From the NCBI GenBank assembly GCA_963735115.1, contig CAVTJR010000003.1, positions 1,096,641-1,160,640 on the forward strand: a stretch of DNA of 64,000 nt. The letters run 5' to 3'. Below the pieces are notes generated by a model. The model saw only the letters and a list, made by a program, of their open reading frames with translations, was not told the origin of the DNA and did not search any database. Of this stretch, positions 25,141 through 34,056 are shown one piece after another (the first letter of the stretch is position 1; every line of letters starts with the position of its first letter). Source of the stretch: an uncultured Actinomycetota bacterium (GTDB lineage: Bacteria > Actinomycetota > Acidimicrobiia > Acidimicrobiales > Bog-793). The translations under genes and the position numbers were made by a program.

Positions 25141-26322
25141 TCAGCGCTTGAAGTCGACTTCTGGAGCCGCTTCGATCTCCTCTCGCAGGGCGTTGAGTGC
25201 GGCGATGCAGCGCCCTCGTACGATCTCCCAGGTCGAGCCCCACTCGGCTGTCGGCAGGACGATGCCGAGGCGTCGCATGGCGCGGCGTCCCTTCGCCTCG
25301 GCATCGCCGCCGTTTTGGCGGGCCGCCCGGAGATGCAGCAACGCCCGCAGGTCCTCGATGGCGGCGCCGGCACGATCGGCGGCCTCGCTGGCGAGCTTGC
25401 TCGTCACGTAGGCCTGCAGGTCCGCGAGGTCGGTCTTGTCACCCGGGAACTTCGCCTGACCGATGATGCTGCACAGGGCACACATGCGGGAGTCGAACTC
25501 GTCAGAGCCATCGCAGCCGAGGGCCAGTTTCGCGGCCGACTCCACGTTGTGAGCCCTCCCGAAGAGCGGCCCTGTGGAGCGCAGCTCCCAGACCACGTTC
25601 AGGTAGTCGATCGCCTCGGGAAGCGCCAGAGCGGAAGGATTGGCGACTCTCGCCGGCGCTGGCGGCGAGATCTGATCGAGGAGGTGATCGAGGTACTCCT
25701 CTACCGCGGTGACCCCTGCGTATCGTCGGAGCCCGGTCGAAAGGGTCATCACCCAATGTGGGCTGGGCGGCCGCTCACGTTGCAGACGGCACAGCCAGGT
25801 CGATGGCTCGGTATCGACCTGGGAGAGGATGAACTCGAGGGTGTCAACAGAAAGCGTCATCTGGTGCTTTCGCCAGAACGCCGCCAGTAGTTCATCGGAC
25901 CTGATGGCCGTGGGCACCACCTCGGTCGGCGACGGCCGGATGGATCGCTCGGCCTCCACGAGGCAAGCGAGCGCTCTCAAGAAGATCTCCACCTTCGGGG
26001 CCCACTCGGGAAGTTGGACGAGACCGGCGACCGTGAGGTACACCCGGTCGTCCGGCCGAGGGCTGAGAGATCCTGTTGCCACGCGAAACCACCCGTAGTG
26101 AGCGACTCCGAAGGTGACCCGCGGGCAGGTGAGCATCACCTCGGTGGCGTCCAGACCGCCGCCCTCGTAGAGCACCTGCTCGACGTACTGAAAGAAGGGC
26201 CATTGGTGACCCTCGGCGATCTCGCGACCGTGAGCGACCACCTCGAGGAGCTGGCGCTGGTTGGAGTTCGGAGGTCCGAGCAAGGAGTGAGCCGGCTGCG
26301 GCGTCTCGACCTCTTTTGACAT
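25141..26322 (-). CDS. orphan hypothetical protein (394 aa)
   Basis: ATG 26322 with GGGAGG 8 nt upstream. No motif I can assign. The longer track ORF (to 26556) runs into the repeat region. Confidence 0.6.
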   Translation of the reverse strand: MSKEVETPQPAHSLLGPPNSNQRQLLEVVAHGREIAEGHQWPFFQYVEQVLYEGGGLDATEVMLTCPRVTFGVAHYGWFRVATGSLSPRPDDRVYLTVAGLVQLPEWAPKVEIFLRALACLVEAERSIRPSPTEVVPTAIRSDELLAAFWRKHQMTLSVDTLEFILSQVDTEPSTWLCRLQRERPPSPHWVMTLSTGLRRYAGVTAVEEYLDHLLDQISPPAPARVANPSALALPEAIDYLNVVWELRSTGPLFGRAHNVESAAKLALGCDGSDEFDSRMCALCSIIGQAKFPGDKTDLADLQAYVTSKLASEAADRAGAAIEDLRALLHLRAARQNGGDAEAKGRRAMRRLGIVLPTAEWGSTWEIVRGRCIAALNALREEIEAAPEVDFKR

Positions 26323-26530
26323 CTCGGTCGCCTCCCAGCTACCGGCTGAGGGCTTCGCTGACGTCTTGCACGCCCACCGACGATACGCAGTCCGAGCGCT
26401 GACGGGAGGCTTACGCGAATCGGAATCGCCCGGCCATCGCCGGACGGCATCCGGACCGTCCTCCCGGAGGGTGAAGGCGAGTCGAGGTGTGAGGGAGGCT
26501 CTCGAGCACTGCGGCTGCGGGCGTCGGGAT

Positions 26531-26716
26531 GAACTGTGTGCGAAGAGCGACCGCATGCGGGCTGTACAGGCGGCTCAGGCGGAAGGTTCGAGCCGTGCGA
26601 GCATTCGGCCGCGAACTGTGTGCGAAGAGCGACTGCATGCGGGCTGTGCAGGCGGCTCAGGCGGAAGGTTCGAGCCGTGCGAGCATTCGGCTACGAACGG
26701 TCTGCCAAGAGAGTCG
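26531..26716. repeat. 82-bp tandem direct repeat, about 2.3 copies, intergenic
   Basis: Copies start at 26531, 26613 and 26695 (partial). Copies 1 and 2 differ at about 4 positions. Each contains hairpin CGGCTC-N13-GAGCCG (26571-26595 and 26653-26677). Confidence 0.85.
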
Positions 26717-26821
26717 GGACCGAACCGGGGCCGGCACGGGAGCCGTGGGCGCGCAAGTCCGCCCGAAACGAGCGACCGGCGCCGTCAGCGTCCCGGACTG
26801 ACGCGACCGTAGACTCCGATC

Positions 26822-27637
26822 GTGGGGTCGGAGACTGCAGCAGACGGTGCGGCCGACACCGCTGCCACCGGGGGCACGCTAGGCACCGGAGGCACGCTAG
26901 GCACGGGGGCCACGGCGGGCACCGAGGTCACGGCGGGCACCCCCGCCGCGGCGACGGCACACGCCGCGCCCACGGCACACGCCGCGCCCACGGCACACGC
27001 CGCGCCCACGGCGCCTGCCGCTGGCGGGGCAGGCACGGTGGACGACTCGGGACTCGACCGCATCTGGACCGTCCCGAACCTGCTCTCGGTCGGCCGCCTC
27101 GCACTCGTCGGGATCTTCCTCTGGCTGCTCTTCGGTGAGCACGAGCGGATCGCCGCCACGGTGGTGCTCATGGTCACCGGCACGACGGACTTTCTCGATG
27201 GGTACGTTGCCCGCCGGCTGCACCAGGTGACGACACTGGGCAAGGTGCTCGACCCGACGGCGGACCGCATCGTGCTCGGAGCCGGTGTGATCGCCATTGC
27301 CGCCTACGGCGCCGTGCCCTGGTGGCTCGCCGGTGTCGTCCTCGGTCGCGAGGTGGTCGTCTCCGCCGCGGTTCTAGCCCTGGCGGCCATCGGCGCCCGC
27401 CGCATCGATGTTCTCTGGGTCGGGAAGGCGGGCACGTTCGGACTCATGGGATGCTTCCCGCTCTTTCTGCTGGGCGACTCGGCGGCCCGTTGGGCCCGCG
27501 ACGTCCGTGATGTCACCTGGGTGCTCCTCGTGCCGGCGCTCGCCTTCAGCCTGACAGCAGCTCTGGCCTACATCCCCCTCGCCCGCCGTGCCCTCGCGGA
27601 ACGCAGCGCTCCACCGACCGGCGTGGCGGCGTCATGA
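26822..27637 (+). CDS. CDP-alcohol phosphatidyltransferase (PgsA/Pis-type)
   Basis: DFLDGYVARRLHQVTTLGKVLDPTADRI, which fits D-x2-DG-x2-AR..G-x3-D-x3-D. Multiple TM segments. The first 72 codons are hexapeptide repeats, so GTG 27038 is an alternative start. Confidence 0.85.
   Translation: MGSETAADGAADTAATGGTLGTGGTLGTGATAGTEVTAGTPAAATAHAAPTAHAAPTAHAAPTAPAAGGAGTVDDSGLDRIWTVPNLLSVGRLALVGIFLWLLFGEHERIAATVVLMVTGTTDFLDGYVARRLHQVTTLGKVLDPTADRIVLGAGVIAIAAYGAVPWWLAGVVLGREVVVSAAVLALAAIGARRIDVLWVGKAGTFGLMGCFPLFLLGDSAARWARDVRDVTWVLLVPALAFSLTAALAYIPLARRALAERSAPPTGVAAS
26870..27028 (+). repeat. 18-bp-periodic tandem array (about 9 units, three sub-families)
   Basis: GGTLGT x2, (G/E)xTAGT x2, then acggcacacgccgcgccc x3 perfect copies (26954-27007) plus one degenerate unit. 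Lies in or just upstream of the phosphatidyltransferase ORF. Confidence 0.8.
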
Positions 27638-27740
27638 TGGAAGCCCTGACATGGAAGCCCCTGACATCGAAGCCCCTGACATCGAAGCCCCTGACATCGA
27701 AGCCCCTGACATCGACGCCCCTGACATGGAAGCCCTGAGA
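27634..27740 (+). repeat. 15-bp tandem repeat (ctgacatcgaagccc, about 6.5 copies) filling the whole intergenic spacer; encodes a 34-codon mini-ORF
   Basis: Units start at 27646, 27661, 27676, 27691, 27706 and 27721. Mini-ORF 27634-27738 reads MMEALTWKPLTSKPLTSKPLTSKPLTSTPLTWKP. Its ATG overlaps the upstream stop (ATGA) and its stop lies 1 nt before the next ATG. Confidence 0.9.
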
Positions 27741-30232
27741 TGAAGGCCGTCATCATGGCGGGCGGCGAAGGCACCCGCCTGCGCCCCCTCACCGCCAACC
27801 AGCCAAAACCGATGCTCCCCATGGCAAACCGACCCATGGCCGAGCACGTCGTCAACTTGCTGCGCCGCCACGGCTTCGAGGACATCGTCGTCACGGTGGC
27901 CTTCCTCGCCAACCACGTGCGGACGTATTTCGGCGACGGCTCCGAGTTCGGCGTTCGTATGGTGTACGCCACCGAGGAGACACCGCTCGGCACTGCCGGT
28001 TCGGTTCTCAACGCCCGCGACGAGCTCGACGAGCGCTTCCTCGTCATCTCAGGAGACGTCCTCACCGACATCGACCTCACCGAGCTCGTGGCGTTCCACG
28101 ACAAGCAGGCTTCGGTCGTCACCCTGGCGCTCAAGGCGATGGAGAACCCTCTCGAGTTCGGCATCGTGATCACGGGAGGCGACGGCCGCGTCGAACGCTT
28201 CCTCGAGAAACCCAGCTGGGGCGACGTCTTCTCCGACACCATCAACACCGGCATCTACGTGCTCGAGCCAGAGGTGCTCGAGTGGATCCCGCAGGGCCGA
28301 CAGGTCGACTTCTCCGCCGAAGTGTTCCCGACGATGCTGGAGGCGCGGCGGCCGATGTACGGCTTCGTGGCGGGCGGCTACTGGGAGGACGTCGGTACTC
28401 ACGACGCCTACCTGCGCGCGCACGCAGACATCCTCGACGGCAAGGTCGACGTCGACGTCCCGGGGTTCCCGTTGCGTCCGGGCGTGTGGATCGGCGAGGG
28501 GGTCGAGATCCACCCGAGCGCCGAGGTCGTCGGGCCGGCCCTCATCGGCGACAACTGCCGCATCGGCCCGGAGTCGCTCGTGCGCGATCACAACGTGCTC
28601 GGGGCGAACGTGCGAGTGGGGGAGAACTCGCTCATCGAGCGCACCGTCGTGCACGAGAACTCTTACCTGGCCGCCGGTGTGACCGCCCGCGGTGCAGTGA
28701 TCTCCCGATCCTGTGACATCCGCCAGGGCAGCCACCTCGAGGAAGGCGTCGTCGTCGGCGATGGCTGTCGTATCGGTCGGGGAGCCGTCCTGAGGGCAGG
28801 CGTGAAGGTCTACCCGGACAAGACGATCGAGCCCGGCGCCGTCGTGAGCTCCTCGATCGTGTGGGAATCGAAAGGCTCGCGTGCCCTCTTCGGCCGCCAC
28901 GGCGTCACCGGACTTGCCAACGTCGACCTCTCGCCCGAGCTGGCCATGCGTGTCGCCATGGCGTACGCCTCCGTACTGCCGAAGGGCTCGATCGTGACGA
29001 CCTCGCGGGACTCGAGCCGGGCTGCGCGCGTCCTCAAGCGGGCGGTCATGGTGGGCATCACGGCTGCCGGCTGCAACGTAGAGGACCTCGAAGCCGCCAC
29101 CGTCCCGGTGACCCGCTTCCAGATCCGCACGAGCGGATCGAGCGGTGGCGTGACGGTCCGCCTCGTGGCGGGGGATCCGCAGTCAGTCAACCTGAGATTT
29201 CTCGACGCCGATGGGGTCGACCTCGACGAAGCCTCCCAGCGCAAGATCGAGCGGCTGCACGACCGAGAGGAGTCCCGCAGGGTGCTGGCGGCCGAGATCG
29301 GCGACATCGACTTCCCCTCGAGGACGCTCGAGTCCTACACGCTCGACCTGACGGGGTCGCTCGATCTTGCGGCCATCCGAGGAGCCCACTTCAAACTCGT
29401 CCTCGACTACGCCTTCGGGACGGCGAGCTTCGTCATGCCGAACGTGCTCGCCAAGCTCGGGGCCGACGTGCTCGTCATCAACCCGCACGTCTCGACGCCA
29501 GGCGTGCTCAGCTTCGAGCGCGCCACCCACGCCGCCAGGGTGGGGGAGCTCGTGAAGTCATCCGGCGCTCACCTCGGCGCCCTCTTCGAGCCCGACGGAG
29601 AGCAGCTCACGATTGTGGACGACACCGGCCGGGTGCTCTCGGACGACGAGGCACTCTGCACGATGGTGCGCCTCGTGGTCGGCGACGGCCCCGGCGGCAC
29701 CATCGCGGTTCCGGTCAACGCTCCCCGCGAGGTGGAGCGGCTCTGTCTGGAGACCTCCTCCAAGCTCGTCTGGACCAAGCTCGGGTCGGCCGATCTGATG
29801 GAGGCCGCCGGCGGCACGGCGGTGAGCTTCGGAGGAAACACCGAGGGCGGCTTCATCTTCCCGGACTTCCTGCCGGCCTTCGACGCAGTCGCCAGCCTCG
29901 TGAACCTGCTGGCCATGCTCGCCCGCAGTGGCGGCCGTCTCTCCGCCGTCGTAGACGGTCTCCACCTGCCCTCGATCGTCCGCCTCGAAGTCCCGACTCC
30001 CTTCGAGCAGAAAGGTCTCGTGATGCGGGTCCTGCTGGAGCGCACCCCGCCCGATCGCGTGCTGATCGACGGCGTGAAGGTGACCGACGACTCCGGCTGG
30101 ACGCTCGTGCTGCCCGACCCGGAGGCGGCGGCCACGCTCGTCACGGCCGAAGACGAGTCACCCGCCGCCGCCGGCGCTCGCGCACAAGCGATGGCAGACG
30201 AGATCACCGCCATCCTCGCGGGCGCATCCTGA
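27740..30232 (+). CDS. sugar-1-phosphate nucleotidyltransferase (ManC/GMP-like) fused to a PGM/PMM-like domain with degenerate catalytic loops
   Basis: MKAVIMAGGEGTRLRPLT, then a left-handed beta-helix region, then four-domain PMM-like architecture. The TASHNP loop reads VRLVAGDP and the DxDxDR loop reads EPDGEQ. Confidence 0.85.
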   Translation: MKAVIMAGGEGTRLRPLTANQPKPMLPMANRPMAEHVVNLLRRHGFEDIVVTVAFLANHVRTYFGDGSEFGVRMVYATEETPLGTAGSVLNARDELDERFLVISGDVLTDIDLTELVAFHDKQASVVTLALKAMENPLEFGIVITGGDGRVERFLEKPSWGDVFSDTINTGIYVLEPEVLEWIPQGRQVDFSAEVFPTMLEARRPMYGFVAGGYWEDVGTHDAYLRAHADILDGKVDVDVPGFPLRPGVWIGEGVEIHPSAEVVGPALIGDNCRIGPESLVRDHNVLGANVRVGENSLIERTVVHENSYLAAGVTARGAVISRSCDIRQGSHLEEGVVVGDGCRIGRGAVLRAGVKVYPDKTIEPGAVVSSSIVWESKGSRALFGRHGVTGLANVDLSPELAMRVAMAYASVLPKGSIVTTSRDSSRAARVLKRAVMVGITAAGCNVEDLEAATVPVTRFQIRTSGSSGGVTVRLVAGDPQSVNLRFLDADGVDLDEASQRKIERLHDREESRRVLAAEIGDIDFPSRTLESYTLDLTGSLDLAAIRGAHFKLVLDYAFGTASFVMPNVLAKLGADVLVINPHVSTPGVLSFERATHAARVGELVKSSGAHLGALFEPDGEQLTIVDDTGRVLSDDEALCTMVRLVVGDGPGGTIAVPVNAPREVERLCLETSSKLVWTKLGSADLMEAAGGTAVSFGGNTEGGFIFPDFLPAFDAVASLVNLLAMLARSGGRLSAVVDGLHLPSIVRLEVPTPFEQKGLVMRVLLERTPPDRVLIDGVKVTDDSGWTLVLPDPEAAATLVTAEDESPAAAGARAQAMADEITAILAGAS

Positions 30233-30319
30233 CTACGATCCGCCTCGGTCCTACGGGGCGCCCTCGAGCGTGCGGGCATGTGAGCGAGCACACAGCGATG
30301 ACAAAGGAGCCGGAGTGCG

Positions 30320-30700
30320 ATGAACGTCCCAGACGATCTGCGTTACACGAGCGACCACGAGTGGGTGCGTCCGTCGGAGGCGACGGTGCGCGTCGGGATC
30401 ACCGACTTCGCACAGGATGCCCTCGGTGACGTCGTGTTCGTAGAGCTGCCGGCGGTCGGCACCGTCGTCAGCAAGGGTGGGCCGCTCAGTGAAGTCGAGT
30501 CGACGAAATCCGTCTCGCAGATCTACGCACCCGTTTCGGGCACGGTGGTAGAGGCGAATGAGCAGCTTCGGGGCGCCCCCGAGCTGCTCAACTCCGAGCC
30601 TTACGGCGAAGGCTGGATCTGCGCCATCGAGGCGAGCGATCCGGGGGAGCTGGACTCGCTCCTTGGACCAGAGGAGTACCGGTCGGCCACCGACGCATGA
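30320..30700 (+). CDS. gcvH: glycine cleavage system protein H
   Basis: 126 aa. Y(T)SDHEWV and lipoyl-lysine motif EVESTKSVSQIYAPVSG. Confidence 0.9.
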   Translation: MNVPDDLRYTSDHEWVRPSEATVRVGITDFAQDALGDVVFVELPAVGTVVSKGGPLSEVESTKSVSQIYAPVSGTVVEANEQLRGAPELLNSEPYGEGWICAIEASDPGELDSLLGPEEYRSATDA

Positions 30701-30869
30701 GCAGCCGCCGCCGGCAACTCTCGACATCAAGCAACGGTGCCGCCGTGGCGGCCGGGCCTGCAGCTCGCCTCGAGCACCCTGCAAAAACAGGCGACGAACG
30801 CCGGCTCACGGCCGAAGAAACCCCCACGTTCCGGATGCGGAACACCGATCTCGGCACTAGCTTTGGAGT

Positions 30870-31340
30870 GTGTTCTGCAACAACTGTGGTCATCGCAACC
30901 CGGTCGATGCGAACTTCTGCTCTTCCTGTGGCAGCCCCCTTTCTCCAGGACCGGACACGACCGTTTCCTTCGTGCCCCAGGATCCATCCGGCGAGCAGGG
31001 TGAAGACGAGGTCAACGTCGCCGTGTCCGAGCTGGCTGACGGCACTGGGGTGCTCGTGGTCAAGCGCGGTCCGGACGTGGGCGCCAAGTACCTCCTCGAC
31101 AAGGACGTCACCCACGTCGGCCGCCATCCGGAGAGCGAGATCTTCCTCGATGACATCACGGTCTCGCGCCGGCATGCCGAGTTCGTGCGGAGCGGGCACA
31201 ACTACCTCGTCAAGGATGTGGGATCGCTGAACGGGACCTATGTGAACCGCGAACGCATCGACGAGGCGAGCCTCGTCAGCGGCGACGAGGTGCAGATCGG
31301 GAAATTCAAGCTGCTGTTCATTTCGACCGGCGCGAGCTGA
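30870..31340 (+). CDS. zinc-ribbon + FHA domain protein (GarA/OdhI-position homologue)
   Basis: CNNCGH..CSSCG ribbon. FHA core [37 protein letters not shown]. Confidence 0.85.
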   Translation: MFCNNCGHRNPVDANFCSSCGSPLSPGPDTTVSFVPQDPSGEQGEDEVNVAVSELADGTGVLVVKRGPDVGAKYLLDKDVTHVGRHPESEIFLDDITVSRRHAEFVRSGHNYLVKDVGSLNGTYVNRERIDEASLVSGDEVQIGKFKLLFISTGAS

Positions 31341-31347
31341 GGCCGGC

Positions 31348-32610
31348 GTGAACGAGCACTCTCACCTTTCAATTGGCGAGGTCCTCTCGCTCCTGCGGCA
31401 GGAGTTCCCGGACATCACGATCTCGAAGATCCGCTTTCTCGAGAGCCGCGGCCTGCTCGTTCCCGAGCGCACGCCGTCGGGATACCGGAAGTTCTACGAC
31501 CGTGACGTCGATCGCCTCCGGTGGATCCTCCGCCAGCAGCGGGAGAACTTCCTGCCGCTGAAAGTCATCAAGGGCCGCCTGGAGGGTCAGGAACCAAGCT
31601 CGGAGCCGACGCAGCTGTTCGAGGTCGCGGGTTCCGAGGACGCCGTCCCGCTCGAGCCGGTGTTCGCCGCCCAACCCGCCAACGGCTCCCGCGGGCGTGT
31701 CGACGAGGGCGCCACGCACGCATCGACGACCGTGCGGGAACGGAGCACACCGATGCCCGCCCTCGCCGGCGTGAGCCCTGCAGCCCGCGCGAGCGCGGGT
31801 GCCGCCTCGGTGGCGGCGCGTCCACCCCTCGAACAGGCCACCGACCCGTCGGGACCATCCCATGGCGCCGAGGGGTTGGCCCGGGCGGACACCGACCCAC
31901 CCGCCGAGCAGGCGCGGTCTTCGCGCACGGTGCTCAGCAGCCCCGCGGCGGGTGGTGCGGTGCCGGCGCAGCGCGCTCCCCAGGCGGGTGTGACGGCGGT
32001 CGAATCGAGCCACGGCATGGTGAGCCCGCCACCGCCGAAGGATCACCCTGAGGCCGATCTGCCCGAGTCAGCGGGCACCCGGCCGGGCGCAGCGGTGGCA
32101 CACGAAGGCACCGCCGGCGCGGTCACCTTGGGGGCGTCGACGCCAGCCGCCGCAGGTGTCGGATCCGACAGGACGACGGCGGCCCCCCGGGCCGAGGTGC
32201 CGTCGGCGCGGCCTGACCCGGAGCTCGCGGGCGCCAGCCTGACGGCCTCCGAGCTTTCGCAGGCAAGCGGTCTCGACGTGCGCCAAATCGAGGAGCTCGA
32301 GTCCTACGGGCTCATCGAGAGCCGGACGGTTGCGGGCGTGAGCTGCTTCGACGAGGAGGCGCTCATCGTGGCGGGGCTGGCGGCCGGCTTCGCCCGTTTC
32401 GGTGTGGAGGCGAGGCACCTTCGCATGTTCAAGATGGCGGCCGAGCGGCAGGCGAGCATGTACTCCCAGATCGTCATGCCGCTGCTCCGTCAGCGCAACC
32501 CCGACGCCCGTCGGCGCGCCCACGAGGACCTCACGCGCCTCACGGAGCTGGGCGCTTCGATGCAGGCCTGCTTTGCCAAAGCGGTGCTGCGCGACCTCAC
32601 CGGCGGATGA
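31348..32610 (+). CDS. MerR-family transcriptional regulator with a long Ala/Pro/Ser-rich linker
   Basis: N-terminal [40 protein letters not shown]. About 230-aa low-complexity middle. Conserved C-terminal domain. Confidence 0.8.
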   Translation: MNEHSHLSIGEVLSLLRQEFPDITISKIRFLESRGLLVPERTPSGYRKFYDRDVDRLRWILRQQRENFLPLKVIKGRLEGQEPSSEPTQLFEVAGSEDAVPLEPVFAAQPANGSRGRVDEGATHASTTVRERSTPMPALAGVSPAARASAGAASVAARPPLEQATDPSGPSHGAEGLARADTDPPAEQARSSRTVLSSPAAGGAVPAQRAPQAGVTAVESSHGMVSPPPPKDHPEADLPESAGTRPGAAVAHEGTAGAVTLGASTPAAAGVGSDRTTAAPRAEVPSARPDPELAGASLTASELSQASGLDVRQIEELESYGLIESRTVAGVSCFDEEALIVAGLAAGFARFGVEARHLRMFKMAAERQASMYSQIVMPLLRQRNPDARRRAHEDLTRLTELGASMQACFAKAVLRDLTGG

Positions 32611-33197
32611 CCATCCCCGGCCTGGCCGGGCGCACCCTCCTCGAGCCGGACGAGCTGTCCTCGATCGTGCGGAGGTTCGGTCAGGCCATCTCCGCCGATC
32701 ATCCGGACGGCGTCGTGCTCGTGGGCATCTTGAAAGGGAGCGTCTGCTTGGTGGCCGACCTCGCCCGGGAGATCTCGGTTCCCTGCGCCGTCGACTTCCT
32801 TGCCCTCTCGGCCTACGGTGCCGGCGGGGCGCGCATCCGCCTTTCGAAAGATCTCGAGGCGGACGTTGCCGGGCGCTCGGTTGTGGTCGCCGTCGACATC
32901 GTCGACAGCGGCCTCACGGTGAGCTACGTCCGGAGGCTGCTGAACGAGCGCGGCGCCCGCTCGACCGACGTGTGCACCCTGCTCGACCGCCGGCCCCGGC
33001 GACTGCTGCCTGTGGAGCTGCGCTACGTCGGCCTCGAGATCGGCGACGAATACGTGGTCGGGTACGGACTCGACTTCGAGGAGCGCTATCGCAACCTCCC
33101 GATGCTCATGGTCGTCGATCCTGCCAACCTGCCGGCGGCGGAGCCGAGCAAAGTTGATGGCCCGATCGCGAGTGTGCAAGGCCTCTCGGGCCACTAA
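32607..33197 (+). CDS. hpt: hypoxanthine phosphoribosyltransferase
   Basis: PRPP loop [13 protein letters not shown] and [17 protein letters not shown]. Start overlaps the MerR stop (ATGA). Confidence 0.85.
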   Translation: MTIPGLAGRTLLEPDELSSIVRRFGQAISADHPDGVVLVGILKGSVCLVADLAREISVPCAVDFLALSAYGAGGARIRLSKDLEADVAGRSVVVAVDIVDSGLTVSYVRRLLNERGARSTDVCTLLDRRPRRLLPVELRYVGLEIGDEYVVGYGLDFEERYRNLPMLMVVDPANLPAAEPSKVDGPIASVQGLSGH

Positions 33198-33207
33198 CTT
33201 TTCTTGC

Positions 33208-33711
33208 ATGGTGGAAGTGCGGCTCTCCCGGGTCCGAGTCGACCTCACGTCGAGCACGCCCGTCGTCTTGTTGCAGGAGACGGAGGGCACGCATCGCTCG
33301 CTCCCGATCTTCATCGGACCGCCCGAAGCGGCCGCTATCGCTCTCGCCCTGCAGGGCGTCGAGCTGCCCCGGCCCATGACCCACGATCTCATGAGCGTTC
33401 TCCTGGACGCCCTCGGGGGTCGCCTCCTGCGGGTCGTGGTCACCGAGTTGCGCGAATCCACTTTCTACGCCGAGCTGCAGATACGGGCCGGAGAGAGGGA
33501 CGTCACCGTCTCGTGCCGGCCCTCGGACGGGATCGCACTGGCTGCTCGCACCCATTCCCCCCTCTATGTCGCCGACGAGCTCATGGATGCCGAAGGACTC
33601 GTCGTCGAGCCGGACGACGATGACGTGCGGGAGGGTGGCACGCCCGAGGAGCTGGTCGACGAGTTCCAGAAGTTCCTCGACACGATCACGCCAGAGGACT
33701 TCGCTCCCTAA
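33208..33711 (+). CDS. bifunctional nuclease (DUF151/BFN) family protein
   Basis: MVEVRLSRVRVDL..PVVLLQE..RSLPIFIGPPEAAAIALALQGVELPRPMTHDL. Confidence 0.8.
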   Translation: MVEVRLSRVRVDLTSSTPVVLLQETEGTHRSLPIFIGPPEAAAIALALQGVELPRPMTHDLMSVLLDALGGRLLRVVVTELRESTFYAELQIRAGERDVTVSCRPSDGIALAARTHSPLYVADELMDAEGLVVEPDDDDVREGGTPEELVDEFQKFLDTITPEDFAP

Positions 33712-33730
33712 CTGCACCGACTGTGTGCCA

Positions 33731-33757
33731 GCCTCGGACCCAAAACGGGACCGAGGC
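33731..33757 (+). terminator. GC-rich hairpin downstream of the nuclease gene (no U-tract)
   Basis: GCCTCGGACCC-aaaac-GGGACCGAGGC, an 11-bp stem with one mismatch, 20 nt after the stop. Confidence 0.35.
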
Positions 33758-33948
33758 GTGCACACCGCCAGCGCAGGCATTCTCGGCTCAGAGACCTGCT
33801 GGCTGCAGAGGTGTGGGTGGAGAGATTCCTCGTTTTGAGGCAGCTCGCCACGCACAGTTCCCGAGGCTGTCAGTGGATGCTCGAGCTGCAAGGTTGAGCT
33901 GTGGTTGATGTCGAGGTTCACGGTTCCTGCGAATCTCTCAACTGGTGG

Positions 33949-33977
33949 TTGACGTGGAGCCCACCGGCCCGTAGCGT
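33949..33977 (+). promoter_or_regulatory. candidate promoter (TTGACG-17 nt-TAGCGT) for the downstream MerR gene
   Basis: Hexamers read directly. Located in a 345-bp lower-GC spacer, about 80 nt upstream of ATG 34057. Confidence 0.3.
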
Positions 33978-34056
33978 GGATGACGGTCATGTAGTTACGT
34001 TGCTGTTGTCCGAGTCTCAGGCCCGGGCCGCGGTTCGAGTGACAGGGGCAGCCACC

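Noticed and set aside
26571-26600. ggaaGGTTCGAGCCgtg inside the 82-bp repeat resembles a tRNA T-arm
   Set aside because: The flanking stem gives a 13-nt loop, not a 7-nt T-loop. No acceptor stem, D-arm or anticodon arm can be drawn. It is not a tRNA or an obvious tRNA fragment.
26531-27740. Possibility that the repeat arrays are CRISPR
   Set aside because: The units are directly abutting with no unique spacers, the lengths (15, 18 and 82 bp) are atypical, and there are no cas genes in the window.
30233-30319. Glycine riboswitch upstream of gcvH (and at 34986-35007 upstream of gcvT)
   Set aside because: The spacers are 87 bp and under 25 bp, too short for even a single aptamer, and they lack the conserved GGAGAG..CACCG elements.
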